Origin: Chthonomonadales bacterium
GTDB lineage: Bacteria; Armatimonadota; Chthonomonadetes; Chthonomonadales; CAJBBX01
Reading direction: 5' to 3'
Assembly: GCA_049967475.1 (NCBI GenBank)
Contig: JBMFSQ010000036.1
Location: forward strand, 1-25,796
DNA: 25,796 nucleotides
Positions 1-8,814 of the stretch are shown in pieces. The notes under the pieces were generated by a model. The model saw nothing but the letters and a program-made list of their open reading frames with translations, made no database searches and was not told the DNA's origin. Position 1 is the stretch's first letter, and each line of letters begins with the position of its first letter. A program made the position numbers and the translations under genes.

Positions 1-2
1 CC

Positions 3-239
3 TATGAAGCCTTCGGGCAGACGGTAGCTGCGACGGGCAGTTCCACCAGTCCCTATCGCTTTGCAGGGTCTTGGGGCTACCGGTCCGACGGGGAAGCGGC
101 GCTGATGCAGGTAGGTGCACACGGCATCCTCTCATTTCACGGCATAACGTGCGGCCAGCCGAACGAAGGCATGGGTCCCGCGGATATACGATGCATCGAG
201 CCGAAAGCCTATCGTAGCTACCTGAATGCCACGGACTAG
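3..239 (+). pseudogene. 3' end of a truncated Rhs/YD-repeat-associated core ORF (5' part outside window)
   Basis: Manual translation of frame +3: YEAFGQTVAATGSSTSPYRFAGSWGYRSDGEAALMQVGA matches the Rhs core pattern YdaFG...PyrFaG.wgy..D..gL...gaR. The expected RYYDP..GRF..DP is absent; unrelated sequence runs to TAG 237-239. Confidence 0.65.
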
Positions 240-1297
240 AAGCCTACAACGTCCTCGGCAGCCAGCGGGGTGCCGCGCCTGAGGCTTCGAGCAGCCGGTT
301 TACCCAGGACCCGGGGCAGTTCCCGAGGATGGAGCCCGTACCCAGGCCGAATGGAGCGCACGTGTTCCGTGGTGAATACTTCACCCGCCTGAATGTCTTT
401 CACTACAAAGAGGGATCTGCGGAAGATGCGGCTCTTCGCCTCGCGTTCGCCGACGGCATAGCTGACGGAACCTAGCGCCTTCTCCGTGTCACGTACGGCG
501 CGGACCATTTCGGCAAACTCCGCCGGCTCCAAGGAAAAGGCCGCATCCGGGCCCGGCAACGCCCTCGAAAGGGTGATATGCTTTTCGATGAGCGTCGCAC
601 CCAACGCCACAGCGGCAACGGGTACCGTGATGCCGAGTGTATGGTCCGAGAGACCTACGGGCACTCCGAATGCCGAAGCAAGGTGGGGAATGGTCCTCAG
701 GTTCATCTCTTCAGGGCGGGCGGGATAGGCGCTCGTGCACTTGAGCAGAGCGATCTCGGTTGCTCCGGCATCCTGCAGCACCTTGACCGCCTCTTCGATC
801 TCCTCGAAGGTAGCCATTCCCGTGGACACGATGACGGGTTTGCCCGTCTGCCCAATGGCCGTCAGGAGCGCGTGGTCTACGATCTCGAAGGAAGCTACCT
901 TGTAGGCCGGCACGCCCATCTGTTCCAGGAAGGTCACAGCGGTGGGATCGAACGGCGATGAGAAGAGCGCCAAGCCCAACCTTTCTGCTTCCCGTTTCAG
1001 GTCCGGCTGCCATTCCCAGGGCGTGTAGGCTTCGCCGTAGAGGCGGTACAGCGTTTTCCCTTCCCAAATCGTCCCCGATCCGATGCGGAACCAGGGCTCG
1101 TCGCAGTCAATGGTCAGCGTGTCCGGAGTATACGTCTGGAGCTTGACGGCGTCGGCGCCGGCTTCAGCGGCGGCCCGGATAATGGCCACAGCCTGCTCGT
1201 AATCCTGGTTATGGTTCGCGGACATTTCAGCCACGATGTACACAGGTTCGCCGGGTCCGACGCGGCGGCCACCGATGGTAATGTGTCGAGGCATCAT
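236..1297 (-). CDS. pseI: Pseudaminic acid synthase (NeuB family with C-terminal SAF domain)
   Basis: Motifs IVAEMSANHNQ, ADAVKLQTYT, YKVASFE, LLKCTSAYPA, GLSDHTLG, IEKHITL, RRSLFVVKDI, RSIRPGYGL; last gene of the pse operon. Confidence 0.92.
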   Translation of the reverse strand: MMPRHITIGGRRVGPGEPVYIVAEMSANHNQDYEQAVAIIRAAAEAGADAVKLQTYTPDTLTIDCDEPWFRIGSGTIWEGKTLYRLYGEAYTPWEWQPDLKREAERLGLALFSSPFDPTAVTFLEQMGVPAYKVASFEIVDHALLTAIGQTGKPVIVSTGMATFEEIEEAVKVLQDAGATEIALLKCTSAYPARPEEMNLRTIPHLASAFGVPVGLSDHTLGITVPVAAVALGATLIEKHITLSRALPGPDAAFSLEPAEFAEMVRAVRDTEKALGSVSYAVGEREAKSRIFRRSLFVVKDIQAGEVFTTEHVRSIRPGYGLHPRELPRVLGKPAARSLRRGTPLAAEDVVGF

Positions 1298-2820
1298 GAT
1301 GCATCATCTCCTTCCCGCCAGGTGAAACGGAGGCACTCTTGGCCGTCCACAGTGTCTAATCCCTCAAACCAAAAGCCCGCACGGCGGAATACCTTCGCCG
1401 AAGCCGCATTGCCTGCCAGCACAAGGGCCGTTACTTGGGACACTCCCAACTCTTTGAGGGCGCGCGCTTTCGTGATGTTCACCAGGTACTCTCCATAGCC
1501 CTTGCCACGCTCATCGGCTGATATGGAGAAGTTGAGGATGGCTTCGCACAAAGCGTCGGACCGCTCGTAGCGGATCTGTCCTACGGGTCGGCCGTTCTCT
1601 TCCAGGATCCAGAAACGGACATCCGCGGCATGGATGCGGCGGGCGAACCACCGTGTATGAGCCTCCCACGGGATGGGATCCTTGTGGAACGAGGCAGCTC
1701 GCACAGACGGATCGTTGGCCCAATGCCACAGGGTCTCTGCATCCTGCTCCGCCGCCTGCCGAAGGGAAAGCGGATGGGGCGACCGACCGATGTCTCTTTG
1801 GGAGAGGGCATCTGCCACCCTCGAAGCACCCAGACCGTCCACCAGTCGTCTTCCTCTGCATCCCATTTCGCCCCGGCGCTCGGCATCGCGGATGAGCGTT
1901 GCGAGAACACACGTCAGATCCTCGGCGTGCACTGCGCTCGCGTCCCCCATGTGCAATCCTGCGCCGGCCCGGTGCAGCCCCTCCGCTACCGGTGTTTGAT
2001 TGGGAGCAGTGGTAAGGATCACCATGGGGACGCCCACAGCAGCAAGCTCCCAACAGGTGCTTCCGCCTGCTGTGACGGCAAGGTGCGCCCAGTTCATGAG
2101 GGACCCCATGTCTTCCACCGCCACAAGGACTTCCGCGTGGAGACCGAGGCTGCCCGCCATGCTCAGGACCTCTGCCTTGCGCGGATTGGAGTGCCCAATC
2201 ACTACCCGGATGAACGGGTTCCCATGGAGGCGCGCGAGGTGGTCACAGGCTTTGAGAACGTTCAATGTGACGCCGTTGGGGTCACTGCCGCCCATGGTGA
2301 CGAGGATGTTCTGTGCCGTGTGGGGCGGCGTAGCCGAACGAGCCGGCCGGCGGCTGAATTCAGAGCGCAAGAGCGCATATCGGGGCCCGAGCAATGGGCG
2401 CGCTCCGGCGGGCAGGCAATAATCCGGCGGTTCCGGGTGAAGGTTCTGGTCCAACAAAAGGTCTGCGTTATAGAAGGAGAGGCGGGGCGCATCATCTATG
2501 ACCATTATCCGGGAGCCGGTATTGCGAAGGGCCCCGAGAAACTCTGCGCCGAAATGGTAACCGTCCAGCACGATCCAATCGGAATGAGCTCCACGGACGA
2601 GAGCATGAGCAAGGTCTTCACGCCCACCTGGCTGGTCGGTTGTGGGGACAGCGTTCACCCCGGCTGCGGCGAGGCGGTGTTGCAGCGATGTCGGCTCCCA
2701 CCGTCCCAGCCACGTGACACGGTTCCCGGCTGCGATGAGGGCCTGGGCCAGGGCCAGGCACCGCATGGCATGGCCCATTCCGGTGGCCGCATCGGCATCT
2801 GCTCGGATCAAGACTTCCAT
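1294..2820 (-). CDS. pseG: UDP-2,4-diacetamido-2,4,6-trideoxy-beta-L-altropyranose hydrolase (PseG) fused to a C-terminal GNAT (PseH-like) acetyltransferase
   Basis: N-terminal IRADAD..TGMGHAMRCLALA, LLGPRYALLR.EF, LVTMGGSD, AGGSTCWE, DGLGASRV. C-terminal ~150 aa: WANDPSVRAASF, HTRWF, RGKGYG, N.ASAKVF (GNAT). Confidence 0.88.
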   Translation of the reverse strand: MEVLIRADADAATGMGHAMRCLALAQALIAAGNRVTWLGRWEPTSLQHRLAAAGVNAVPTTDQPGGREDLAHALVRGAHSDWIVLDGYHFGAEFLGALRNTGSRIMVIDDAPRLSFYNADLLLDQNLHPEPPDYCLPAGARPLLGPRYALLRSEFSRRPARSATPPHTAQNILVTMGGSDPNGVTLNVLKACDHLARLHGNPFIRVVIGHSNPRKAEVLSMAGSLGLHAEVLVAVEDMGSLMNWAHLAVTAGGSTCWELAAVGVPMVILTTAPNQTPVAEGLHRAGAGLHMGDASAVHAEDLTCVLATLIRDAERRGEMGCRGRRLVDGLGASRVADALSQRDIGRSPHPLSLRQAAEQDAETLWHWANDPSVRAASFHKDPIPWEAHTRWFARRIHAADVRFWILEENGRPVGQIRYERSDALCEAILNFSISADERGKGYGEYLVNITKARALKELGVSQVTALVLAGNAASAKVFRRAGFWFEGLDTVDGQECLRFTWREGDDAS

Positions 2821-4874
2821 CAGTATCGCTTAAAGATGACCTCGATGGGCTTGCCTTCCAGCATCTCTTCAACACATTTGTTCGTCACGGCATGACGCAG
2901 CACCGTAAAGGCGTCCTCATAGGCATTGATTGTGCGCTGAATGTCCTCATCCGTGTGCTGATAGCACAGGAATTGAGAGCCCGAAAAGAGGATGCCGCGC
3001 TTGAGCATCTCTTGTTGGAAGAGGGATTTGAGCAGGAGGCCGTTTTGGCCTTCATAGTCTTTGAAGACGCAGATGGTCCACGGAGGAAGCCCTGCGCACT
3101 GCGTATATTCTGTGAGGCCGAAGGCTTGGGCCATCTCGTTGTACGCCTTCTGGAGCTTGGCGCCTTGCTTCCAGAAGTGAGGGATCACCGGCTCCCGCCG
3201 CATGAACTCGATGGTCGCCTTGGCAGCGGCGAGGGAGAGGCATTCGCCTCCGAAGGTGAATGAGAAGAAGATATCCTCGAAAGCCTCCATGACGTCGGCC
3301 CTGCCGATTACGGCAGAGATCGGCATTCCATTTGCCATCCCCTTGCCTACCGTTGCGAGGTCCGGGGTGACGCCGTAATATTCCTGAAGGCCTCCTAGGC
3401 TGTACCGGCAACCGGAAATGATCTCGTCGAAGATCAGTACGGCTCCGTGGCGGTGAGTGAGGTCGCGCACCTGTTGAAGAAATCCGTCCTTCGGTTCGGC
3501 GACATTCATCACTTCCATGATGACGGCGGCCACACCGTTGGGATGTTCTTGGAAGATGCGTTCGAGGGATGCGATGTCGTTGTAGGTGAAGGTCTTCTGG
3601 AGCGCCTTCACAGCATCCGGGACACCGCGGGCTCTGACGCCGCCCACAGAGCCGATGTACCAATCTTGCCAGCCATGGTATCCGCAACTCGCCACGACGT
3701 CCCGCCCAGTTACGGCGCGGGCGCATCGAACGGCTGCGGAGGTGGCATCGGAGCCGTTCTTGCCGAACCGTACCCGCTCGGCACACGGGAAGATATCGCG
3801 CAACAGTTCCGCCACTTCGATCTCCAGGGGATGCATGAGGGAGAAGGTGATGCCGACCTCCAATTGCTTGCGGATAGCTTCCTGGGTTACGGGGTGGCAG
3901 TGGCCCAGGGTGATGGGTCCCAAAGCCATCGGGTAGTCTATGAATTCGTTGCCGTCCACATCCCAAACGTGGCTTCCTTTTCCCCGTGCCAGATATTTGG
4001 GAGCGACCCCGTCTACGTACTGCGTGGGTCCCTTGCTCAAGGTCTGTGTGCCGGCGGGGATCAGGTGTCTGCGGCGCTCCCAGAGCTCGTTGGAACGCGT
4101 GATCGTGAGCTTAGGGGCTCGAGATATGGGGAGTGAGGCCATCCATCCGGCGTTGCGCGGTATCCCTGCATTTAAAGACGCGATGTGAGGATTGTCGCGA
4201 AGGACCTTCAGCACGTCGCGGATGCCGAAATCTGCTCGGCCGCCCAGGGCGCGCACAACGGCTTCCAAGAACTCCAGGTCCTCGGGCGTGTCCAGCGTCC
4301 ACCGTAGGTGACTGAAGTCTCCTTCTTCGCATTCCACATTCCGCGTTCGAAAGAGTTCAGGATGTGTCCGAATGTAGGTGGTTACGTGCTCCCGATCGGC
4401 CACCTCTGTCGCTTCCCGCCAAACGCGCTCCAGCACGGCGAAGGGCATCACTTCGACGTCCAGCCCGTCGGGGTAGGTGGGCGGAAGAATATTGGACACA
4501 TAGTCTACATCGTCGGGAGCCTCAAAGTAGGCTGCAACCACGCGGTCTATCACTTCAGGATCGTGGAGGGGGCAATCGCCGGTGAGGCGCACTATGACGT
4601 CGGCTTCATACTCCTGAGCCGCCCGGTAGGTGCGGTCCAAGACATCGTCGGCGCTGCCGGCGAATGCCTGGATGCCCATTCGTGCTGCAACGTCTATGAG
4701 GGCGGCATCTTCAGGCATCGTAGTGGTTGCAAGGATTACCTGGTCTACGCGCTTGGCTCTGCTCACGCGGCCCAGGGTCCACGCGAGGACCGGGGCGCCT
4801 CGCAGAGGGCGCATCATCTTGGCTGGAAGCCGGCTTGAACCCATGCGAGCTTGTACGATGGCTACGGTTTTCAT
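2820..4874 (-). CDS. SpsF-like CMP-nonulosonate cytidylyltransferase fused to a class-III (GSA-AT-like) PLP aminotransferase
   Basis: N-terminal IVQARMGSSRLPAK, VRLTGDCP, YPDGLDVEV, REHVT.YI, RWTLDTPED (SpsF/KdsB-like). C-terminal WDVDGNEFID, RFGKNGSDAT, LIFDEIISG, PDLATVGKGMANG (PLP Lys). Start moved to ATG 4874, just after the upstream stop. Confidence 0.85.
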   Translation of the reverse strand: MKTVAIVQARMGSSRLPAKMMRPLRGAPVLAWTLGRVSRAKRVDQVILATTTMPEDAALIDVAARMGIQAFAGSADDVLDRTYRAAQEYEADVIVRLTGDCPLHDPEVIDRVVAAYFEAPDDVDYVSNILPPTYPDGLDVEVMPFAVLERVWREATEVADREHVTTYIRTHPELFRTRNVECEEGDFSHLRWTLDTPEDLEFLEAVVRALGGRADFGIRDVLKVLRDNPHIASLNAGIPRNAGWMASLPISRAPKLTITRSNELWERRRHLIPAGTQTLSKGPTQYVDGVAPKYLARGKGSHVWDVDGNEFIDYPMALGPITLGHCHPVTQEAIRKQLEVGITFSLMHPLEIEVAELLRDIFPCAERVRFGKNGSDATSAAVRCARAVTGRDVVASCGYHGWQDWYIGSVGGVRARGVPDAVKALQKTFTYNDIASLERIFQEHPNGVAAVIMEVMNVAEPKDGFLQQVRDLTHRHGAVLIFDEIISGCRYSLGGLQEYYGVTPDLATVGKGMANGMPISAVIGRADVMEAFEDIFFSFTFGGECLSLAAAKATIEFMRREPVIPHFWKQGAKLQKAYNEMAQAFGLTEYTQCAGLPPWTICVFKDYEGQNGLLLKSLFQQEMLKRGILFSGSQFLCYQHTDEDIQRTINAYEDAFTVLRHAVTNKCVEEMLEGKPIEVIFKRY

Positions 4875-4878
4875 GGCG

Positions 4879-5841
4879 TTAGATCCAAGGCACGCTTTCG
4901 GCAATCTCTACGAGGGCGGCAGCATTATCCGCATCCTGCGCGGGACGACATCGCCCATCAAGGCAATCGAGGAAATGCCGGAGCTCGTGCACGTACATTT
5001 GGTTGAGATCCATTCCCCGGAAGTCGCTGAGGACTGTTCCATCGTGACCGGGTCGTTGGAGGAGCGTTTGGCCCTGAGAGAGGTCCCACAATAGGGTACC
5101 TTCTGTCCCGATTACCTTGCACCTGCGCGTGTAGATGCGTTGGAGATAATCGAGGTGGATCTGGAAGCAGACGCCGGAAGAGGACCGCCCGTGGAGGCAG
5201 GCAATCTCTTCGGTGTCTATCTGCAGTGTCTTCGTCGTCGCTCGGAAGCCCTGCACAAGCGTCAGTTCTCCGGCCAGCCACCGCACCAAGTCGAGCTCGT
5301 GGATGGCGTCCAAAAGGATGCCTCCTCCCAATTCTCGGCGTGCAGAGTAGCTGCTGCGGTAATCCTGCCAAGGGCGCCAATCGGGCAGGTAGGATCCAAA
5401 CTCCGCCTGAACGATCAGCGGGTGGCCCACTTGCCCTTCTTCCAGCGCTTCTCTAAGGGCAACGACACCGGGGTGAAAGCGAAGGTTGCACGCCACAAGG
5501 CAGATGCGGTGGTGCACACGGACAGCCGCCGCAGCATCCCTCGCCGACGCCGCATCGGCAGCCAGTGGCTTCTCTACGAATAGGTGGGAGTAGGAGGCCG
5601 CCATCTGTACTTGGGCGGAATGAAGGGCCGTGGGAGAGCAGATGAAGCATGCGTCAGGTTCCGCTTCGAGGCCGGCCTGCAGCGACGGGACCGCTTGCGC
5701 AGATACTTCTTCACAGGCGCTGCCGAGCTGTGTCGGATCCGGGTCCCAGGCGAAGAGAACACCGGCACGCAGAGCCCGAAGGTTGCGCATGTGCCTCCGG
5801 CCGATGGACCCACACCCGATCACCAGAAAGCGGCGGTCCAT
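4879..5841 (-). CDS. Gfo/Idh/MocA family NAD(P)-dependent oxidoreductase
   Basis: VIGCGSIGRRH Rossmann motif, FVEKPLA, NLRFHP, GGGILLDAIHELD. Confidence 0.9.
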   Translation of the reverse strand: MDRRFLVIGCGSIGRRHMRNLRALRAGVLFAWDPDPTQLGSACEEVSAQAVPSLQAGLEAEPDACFICSPTALHSAQVQMAASYSHLFVEKPLAADAASARDAAAAVRVHHRICLVACNLRFHPGVVALREALEEGQVGHPLIVQAEFGSYLPDWRPWQDYRSSYSARRELGGGILLDAIHELDLVRWLAGELTLVQGFRATTKTLQIDTEEIACLHGRSSSGVCFQIHLDYLQRIYTRRCKVIGTEGTLLWDLSQGQTLLQRPGHDGTVLSDFRGMDLNQMYVHELRHFLDCLDGRCRPAQDADNAAALVEIAESVPWI

Positions 5842-5850
5842 AGCCGTCGG

Positions 5851-6426
5851 CTACCCTTCCGCCGAAGCGGCCGAAGACCGGTAGACCGGGACGTATTCGT
5901 CCTTGAGGATCGCCATGAGAAGGTGGTCCTTATATTGGCCTTCATGGAAGAGCGCCTTGCGCAAGCATCCTTCCACTTTGAACCCGACCTTCTCGTACAT
6001 GCGCACAGCGGCAGTGTGTTCTGCGTAGACGCCCAAATCCACCCGGTGGAGGTTGAGGTTGTAGAAGGCGTGCTCCACTACAAGGCGCGTAGCTTCTGTT
6101 CCGCATCCGCGGCCCCAATAATCGCGTTCGCCGATGAGCAAGCCCAATGTTCCACTGCGGTGTACCCAATTGATGGGGCCTAGTTTGATATTGCCGATGT
6201 GGAGGTCTGTAGCGCGGTCCGCTATCGCCAGGAAGAGATTGTCTCGGGATGCGGCGATGCTCTCGTAGAAGGCCTCCATGGCGGTCAGCGTCTGAGGGAA
6301 GTGGGCAGTTTCCAGGTACCGAGACACGTCGGGGTCGTTAAGCCAGGATTGGTACCGTTCCCCTAGGTCGGTTCGGTGGAGGGGGCGAAGGTAGATGATC
6401 TTGCCCACGAGGAAGGGTGTCTTCAT
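5851..6426 (-). CDS. GNAT (RimJ/RimL-like, PseH/SpsD-type) N-acyltransferase
   Basis: IYLRPL, WLNDPDV, HIGNIKL, YWGRGCGTEA, YEKVGFKVEG; ATG 6426 overlaps the pseC stop (ATGA). Confidence 0.85.
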   Translation of the reverse strand: MKTPFLVGKIIYLRPLHRTDLGERYQSWLNDPDVSRYLETAHFPQTLTAMEAFYESIAASRDNLFLAIADRATDLHIGNIKLGPINWVHRSGTLGLLIGERDYWGRGCGTEATRLVVEHAFYNLNLHRVDLGVYAEHTAAVRMYEKVGFKVEGCLRKALFHEGQYKDHLLMAILKDEYVPVYRSSAASAEG

Positions 6427-7619
6427 CGAGAGTATGCCTCGCACACCTTATAAACAGCGGCGATGACGTCCTCTACGTCGCTATCGCTCATAGCCGCAAA
6501 GAGAGGAAGGGTGAGGATCTCGCGGTACGCTTCCTCGGCGACTGGACAATCCCCGGGGCGGGTACCGACGGTTCGTTGGTAATAGGGGTGGAGGTGCACG
6601 GGGATATAGTGGACGTTGGCTCCAATGCCTTCGGCCCGGAGTGCGCGGAACACGTGGTCCCGATCCACGGCGAGGCGGTCAAGGCGGAGGCGGATCACGT
6701 AGAGGTGGTGCCCGTGGCGCACATACGGCTTTATGGGGAGGGGTTCCACGCTGGGGAGGCGCGAGAAGGCCTCGGTATAGCGCTGGGCAATCTCCGCACG
6801 TCGCGACGACCATCGCGGGAGTTTGGCGAGTTGGCTCAATCCGAGGGCAGCGTGGATATCCGAGAGGCGAAGGTTATATCCCAGTTCGATCATCTCGTAG
6901 AACCATGCGCCCGCTGCTTGGCGTTCGCGATGGTCTGTTGCGATGCCGTGATTGCGGAAGCGGCGCATGCGGCGTGCAACTTCTGCGTCTCCGGTCACAG
7001 CGGCCCCGCCCTCTCCTGTGGCAATCTGCTTGACGGGGTGGAAGCTGAAGCACGTGACATCGGCGAGGGTTCCCACCGAGCGTCCGCGATATTCCGCACC
7101 CAGAGCATGGCAAGCGTCGGCGATAAGCTTGAGGCGGTGTGTGCGGGCCACTTCCGCCAGATCATCCCATTCGCACGGGTGGCCCGTGTAATCCACCCCG
7201 ATGACGGCCTTTGTGTGCGAAGAGATCTTCTCTTCCACTCGTTTTGGGTCCAAAAGGAGCGTTCCAGGCTCGACATCGGCGAAGACCGGCCTTGCACCCA
7301 GGTGCAGCACTGCATTGGCGGTGGCAGCGAAGGTCATGGGAGGCACGATGACTTCGTCGCCGGGGCCGACTCCCAGCGCAAAGACGGCCGCATCGAGGGC
7401 GGCAGTCCCACTGCTTACGGCTACGGCTTCGGCTGCGCCGGTGACTGCGACGAGGGCTTCTTCAAACTCTGCTACCTTTGGCCCTGTGGTAAGCCAGTCG
7501 GAACGGAGGGCAGCGGTGACGGCTTGGATGTCTGCCTCGTCTACAGCTTGACGGCCGTAGGGGAGGAGAGTAGACCGGATCGGCGTGCCGCCATCAACCG
7601 CCAACCGTGAAGAGTTCAT
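6423..7619 (-). CDS. pseC: UDP-4-amino-4,6-dideoxy-N-acetyl-beta-L-altrosamine transaminase (DegT/DnrJ family)
   Basis: LPYGRQ, SDWLTTGPKV, SSGTAAL, DACHALGA, FSFHPVK.IATGEGG, GYNLRLSD, NVHYIPVHLHPYY; ATG 7619 overlaps the pseB stop. Confidence 0.92.
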   Translation of the reverse strand: MNSSRLAVDGGTPIRSTLLPYGRQAVDEADIQAVTAALRSDWLTTGPKVAEFEEALVAVTGAAEAVAVSSGTAALDAAVFALGVGPGDEVIVPPMTFAATANAVLHLGARPVFADVEPGTLLLDPKRVEEKISSHTKAVIGVDYTGHPCEWDDLAEVARTHRLKLIADACHALGAEYRGRSVGTLADVTCFSFHPVKQIATGEGGAAVTGDAEVARRMRRFRNHGIATDHRERQAAGAWFYEMIELGYNLRLSDIHAALGLSQLAKLPRWSSRRAEIAQRYTEAFSRLPSVEPLPIKPYVRHGHHLYVIRLRLDRLAVDRDHVFRALRAEGIGANVHYIPVHLHPYYQRTVGTRPGDCPVAEEAYREILTLPLFAAMSDSDVEDVIAAVYKVCEAYSR

Positions 7620-8602
7620 GCTTGCGTGAGTTCCTGAACGAGCCTTTGAAGCTCGTTGCGCGTGAGCAGGCGAGGATTGGTGTCGCTGGCATAACGAAAG
7701 CCTTCCGGCACGGGTTTGCCGCCGGTCCAGTTCCCGCCGCCCCACCACGGATGAGCCGGCTGGAGCACATACATGTCCTCCAGCTCCACAGCTTGGCGGG
7801 CCTCGTCCTCGGAAATGAGCGTTTCGTGGAGCTTTTCTCCGGGGCGGATGCCGATCTGTTGCACTTGGCATTCGGGGGCTATGGCGGCCGCCAAGTCCAT
7901 GATGTTCATACTCGGGATCTTGGGAATGAATACTTCGCCTCCGTGCATCAGTTCGATGCAGCGGATTACAAAGCGTACGGCCTGGTCCAGAGTAATCCAG
8001 AAACGCGTCATGCGGGGATCCGTTACGGTGATGGTGCCGGTCTTTCGTTGCTCCAGAAAGAGCGGAATGACGCTGCCGCGGCTGGCTACCACGTTGCCGT
8101 AGCGTACACAGCTAAAGAGCGTAGGTCCATGGCCTCGGTATGAGTTTGCCTGAACGAAGAGCTTCTCGGCTACCAGCTTGGTGGCGCCGTAAAGGTTCAC
8201 CGGGCTTACGGCTTTGTCGGTACTGATGGCCATCACGCGCTTCACCCCATTGTCGAGGGCAGCATCTATCACGTTCTTACCGCCGTTTACGTTGGTATGG
8301 ACGGCTTCGATGGGGTTGTATTCGCATGCGGGGACCTGCTTGAGGGCGGCTGCATGAACCACCAGGTCTACTCCGCGCATGGCGCGCCGGAGGCGGTCCA
8401 CATCCCTCACGTCTCCGATGAAGTAGCGCATGGGCGAGTTTCCGGTATCCGGGAAGCGCTGGCGCATCTCATGCTGCTTGAGTTCGTCGCGACTGAAGAC
8501 GATGAGGCGGGCGGGCCGGTGCTCAGCGAGCAGCACCTCCACAAACTTCTTTCCGAAGGATCCGGTGCCGCCGGTAACGAGCACGTGCAGGTCGTTGAGC
8601 AT
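7616..8602 (-). CDS. pseB: UDP-N-acetylglucosamine 4,6-dehydratase (inverting)
   Basis: VTGGTGSFG, FSRDELKQ, HAAALKQVPACEYNP, STDKAVSPVNLYGATK, VRYGNVVASRGSVIP, MTRFWITL, GIRPGEKLHE; AAGAGGA RBS before ATG 8602. Confidence 0.95.
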   Translation of the reverse strand: MLNDLHVLVTGGTGSFGKKFVEVLLAEHRPARLIVFSRDELKQHEMRQRFPDTGNSPMRYFIGDVRDVDRLRRAMRGVDLVVHAAALKQVPACEYNPIEAVHTNVNGGKNVIDAALDNGVKRVMAISTDKAVSPVNLYGATKLVAEKLFVQANSYRGHGPTLFSCVRYGNVVASRGSVIPLFLEQRKTGTITVTDPRMTRFWITLDQAVRFVIRCIELMHGGEVFIPKIPSMNIMDLAAAIAPECQVQQIGIRPGEKLHETLISEDEARQAVELEDMYVLQPAHPWWGGGNWTGGKPVPEGFRYASDTNPRLLTRNELQRLVQELTQA

Positions 8603-8708
8603 CGAGGCGCGATCCTCTTTGAGGGGATGCAGGCAGCTTACACATTCAGCGGCAGGCCGCGACCTGACGCGCAGGGAACGAGCCTTTCCTGTGCTGCCGT
8701 GCAGACAG

Positions 8709-8738
8709 ATCATACCGCACGGGTGTGGCGGCTGTCAA
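8709..8738 (-). promoter_or_regulatory. sigma70-type promoter of the pse operon
   Basis: Minus strand TTGACA (8738-8733)-N18-TATGAT (8714-8709), ~105 nt upstream of pseB. Confidence 0.7.
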
Positions 8739-8745
8739 CGTCGGC

Positions 8746-8775
8746 TTGACGGCGTCGGCGGCGAGCGGTTATACT
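8746..8775 (+). promoter_or_regulatory. sigma70-type promoter of tRNA-Ala
   Basis: TTGACG (8746-8751)-N18-TATACT (8770-8775), 40 nt upstream of the tRNA. Confidence 0.7.
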
Positions 8776-8814
8776 AATGGTCGCGTGTCCGCGCATCCGT
8801 CACATGCATTGCGT

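Noticed and set aside
1630..2895. Long antisense/alternate-frame ORFs (also 6417-7610, 15828-16814, 18593-19741, 20114-21289, 21118-22167, 22287-23429)
   Set aside because: They are shadows of well-supported genes, expected in GC-rich DNA, and have no recognisable motifs.
2820..4110. Calling the class-III aminotransferase hemL (tetrapyrrole synthesis)
   Set aside because: It is fused to a cytidylyltransferase inside a sugar operon, and no hem genes are nearby.
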